A stretch of DNA of 26,955 bases from assembly GCA_048884785.1 (NCBI GenBank), contig JBHLQM010000018.1, positions 25,429 to 52,383 on the forward strand. Direction: 5' to 3'. Below, in pieces: positions 25,692 through 26,955 of the stretch. The position numbers and the translations under genes are program-made. The notes under the pieces are model-generated. The model saw nothing but the letters and a program-made list of their open reading frames with translations. It was not told the DNA's origin and did not search any database. Source of the DNA: Candidatus Thorarchaeota archaeon. GTDB lineage: Archaea; Asgardarchaeota; Thorarchaeia; Thorarchaeales; Thorarchaeaceae. Position 1 is the stretch's first letter, and every line of letters starts with the position of its first letter.

Positions 25692-26102
25692 ATGGATTTG
25701 GTTGCGGGAATTATTCTTGCCTTTGCAATAACACTCATCGCCATATTCAATTACTATCTGAATCGAGCTCCTGGATCGGATCCTGAGGATTTCCAAATCG
25801 GTCCGAAGGAACTGAACCTCACATGTGATTGCTATTTAAATACAATAATAGTAGCAGGCATTTCGGCATTGGCGATTGCTGTCCTCTCCCCATCATATGG
25901 CTCACCACTAGAGCTATTTGCCATAGCCATCATCTCATTCTTTGTCATTGCATTTGCAGGTGTCATTGGCAGAATTCATAGATACAGAGAATGGAGGGAA
26001 ATGGCAAAGATCATCAAGAGGTCAGTTCCCACATTCGTGGACCGTCCTACAGGTTCAATTGACCTTCTCTTTGATGATGAGGATGATGATGAAGACGAAT
26101 AA
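25692..26102 (+). CDS. Small membrane protein (3 TM) with an acidic C-terminal tail
   Basis: Three hydrophobic segments, tail FDDEDDDEDE; 13 nt downstream of the PIN gene. ORF-track start is GTG 25680. Confidence 0.7.
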   Translation: MDLVAGIILAFAITLIAIFNYYLNRAPGSDPEDFQIGPKELNLTCDCYLNTIIVAGISALAIAVLSPSYGSPLELFAIAIISFFVIAFAGVIGRIHRYREWREMAKIIKRSVPTFVDRPTGSIDLLFDDEDDDEDE

Positions 26103-26113
26103 GAGTGATTGAG

Positions 26114-26494
26114 TTATTCACTCGCAATCTTGTCATCCTTAAGGTTGGGAACCTTTATTGCAATCACAGTTGCGCCTTCGTCTTCGTATGTTTCAAACCA
26201 GTGGAATTCTCCTGGATCGGTAAGTACCACGTCTCCTGGCTCAAGTATAAGAATCTTGGAGGAGATTCCCATCTTTGTACGATTCATGGCAATGAATACC
26301 TCTTGTAGTAGTGCATGAGCATGAGGGGATGTTCTGGTTCCTTTGGGAATTGCTACGAAGATTATTCCGGATGTGTCTGAAGCATTTGCAAAGTTGATAT
26401 CTGCAACATAGCTGGCCGAGTAACCTGCTCTACCTGTCGATGAAGCGTCTGCTTTTCTGAAGACTTTCATTTCAATTCGTGTTTCTCTTGACAA
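26114..26494 (-). CDS. Cupin domain protein
   Basis: Motif 1 PHAHALLQEVF and motif 2 LEPGDVVLTDPGEFHWF. Start may be ATG 26470. Confidence 0.85.
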   Translation of the reverse strand: MSRETRIEMKVFRKADASSTGRAGYSASYVADINFANASDTSGIIFVAIPKGTRTSPHAHALLQEVFIAMNRTKMGISSKILILEPGDVVLTDPGEFHWFETYEDEGATVIAIKVPNLKDDKIASE

Positions 26495-26631
26495 ATTTGG
26501 CTTTCAATCTGCCGTATAATATACAAGCTAGTCATTCTCGAAAAATAATATATCCTCTGCAAATTTGGAATGGCGTCCACTGGAATAGCTTTTTAGGCCG
26601 TTGTTCCTTGTGTCCTTTTGCCTGTTTGCAA

Positions 26632-26646
26632 CATTCAGACTGAATG
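26632..26646. promoter_or_regulatory. 7-1-7 palindrome, candidate operator
   Basis: CATTCAG-A-CTGAATG, 31 nt before the GTG at 26678. Confidence 0.35.
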
Positions 26647-26677
26647 CTTATTGGTCCGTTTGAGAGGAGGTCAATCT

Positions 26678-26955
26678 GTGCCGGTTAAGAAAGCCGTTTT
26701 GATTTTGGTGTGTATACTACCTATGGTTTTGAGTGTGATTGTTTCCCCTTTTCAAATTGGATCCTCTTCTGTTGCGGCAATTTCAAATGAAGAAGATTCT
26801 GATTCTCCCCAGACGATTGAGCTCTCGGATGGCACTACGCTCGAAGTTGGACCAAACGAGGTATTGGAATCCTTTACTCTTTCTCTAGCACCGCCTTCCA
26901 TTCAAGGAATTGCATCTGAACTGAATGTGACAGAATATGGAACAAGAATGGACTC
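26678..26955 (+). CDS. 5' end (partial) of a secreted protein
   Basis: Not in the ORF track. GAGGAGGT SD, GTG start, MPVKKAVLILVCILPMVLSVIVSPF signal peptide; frame open to the window end. Confidence 0.75.
   Translation, partial: MPVKKAVLILVCILPMVLSVIVSPFQIGSSSVAAISNEEDSDSPQTIELSDGTTLEVGPNEVLESFTLSLAPPSIQGIASELNVTEYGTRMD

Noticed and set aside
749-26318. Numerous 60-120 aa antisense or alternate-frame ORFs inside genes
   Set aside because: They are shadow ORFs of well-supported genes and show no independent signals.

Overview
Archaeal DNA, by inference Asgard and probably Thorarchaeota. Evidence: BRE/TATA promoters, GGAGGTGA-type SD sites, a 24-aa-period LRR protein, and Ig-like surface proteins with GSxxNxIxW segments. 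Genes in order: the 5' end of an SDR/threonine-dehydrogenase-like gene; a translationally coupled operon of hdrC, hdrB, hdrA (HdrL-type, with a GltD/NfnB-like insertion), mvhD, a short hdrA and a small wHTH gene, with no hydrogenase or formate dehydrogenase genes; two paralogous surface proteins flanking a membrane-anchored protein whose C-terminus resembles a coatomer/adaptin appendage platform, an unannotated 31-aa ORF and a Zn-ribbon membrane protein; ppdK; a TetR/MFS pair with three related 20-bp operators; a 67-aa ORF; a fold-type-II PLP enzyme with an LRR gene; an ADP-forming acyl-CoA synthetase alpha subunit; a GT-C/GT87-like protein; a large PIN-helical-OB-like protein; a small membrane protein; a cupin; and the start of a secreted protein. 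No rRNA, tRNA, CRISPR array or transposase was seen. The main unexplained signals are several 65-140 nt imperfect intergenic hairpins and a TGATATCA palindrome seen only in the intergenic spaces of the surface-protein cluster. All calls were made by eye; no searches or folding programs were run.
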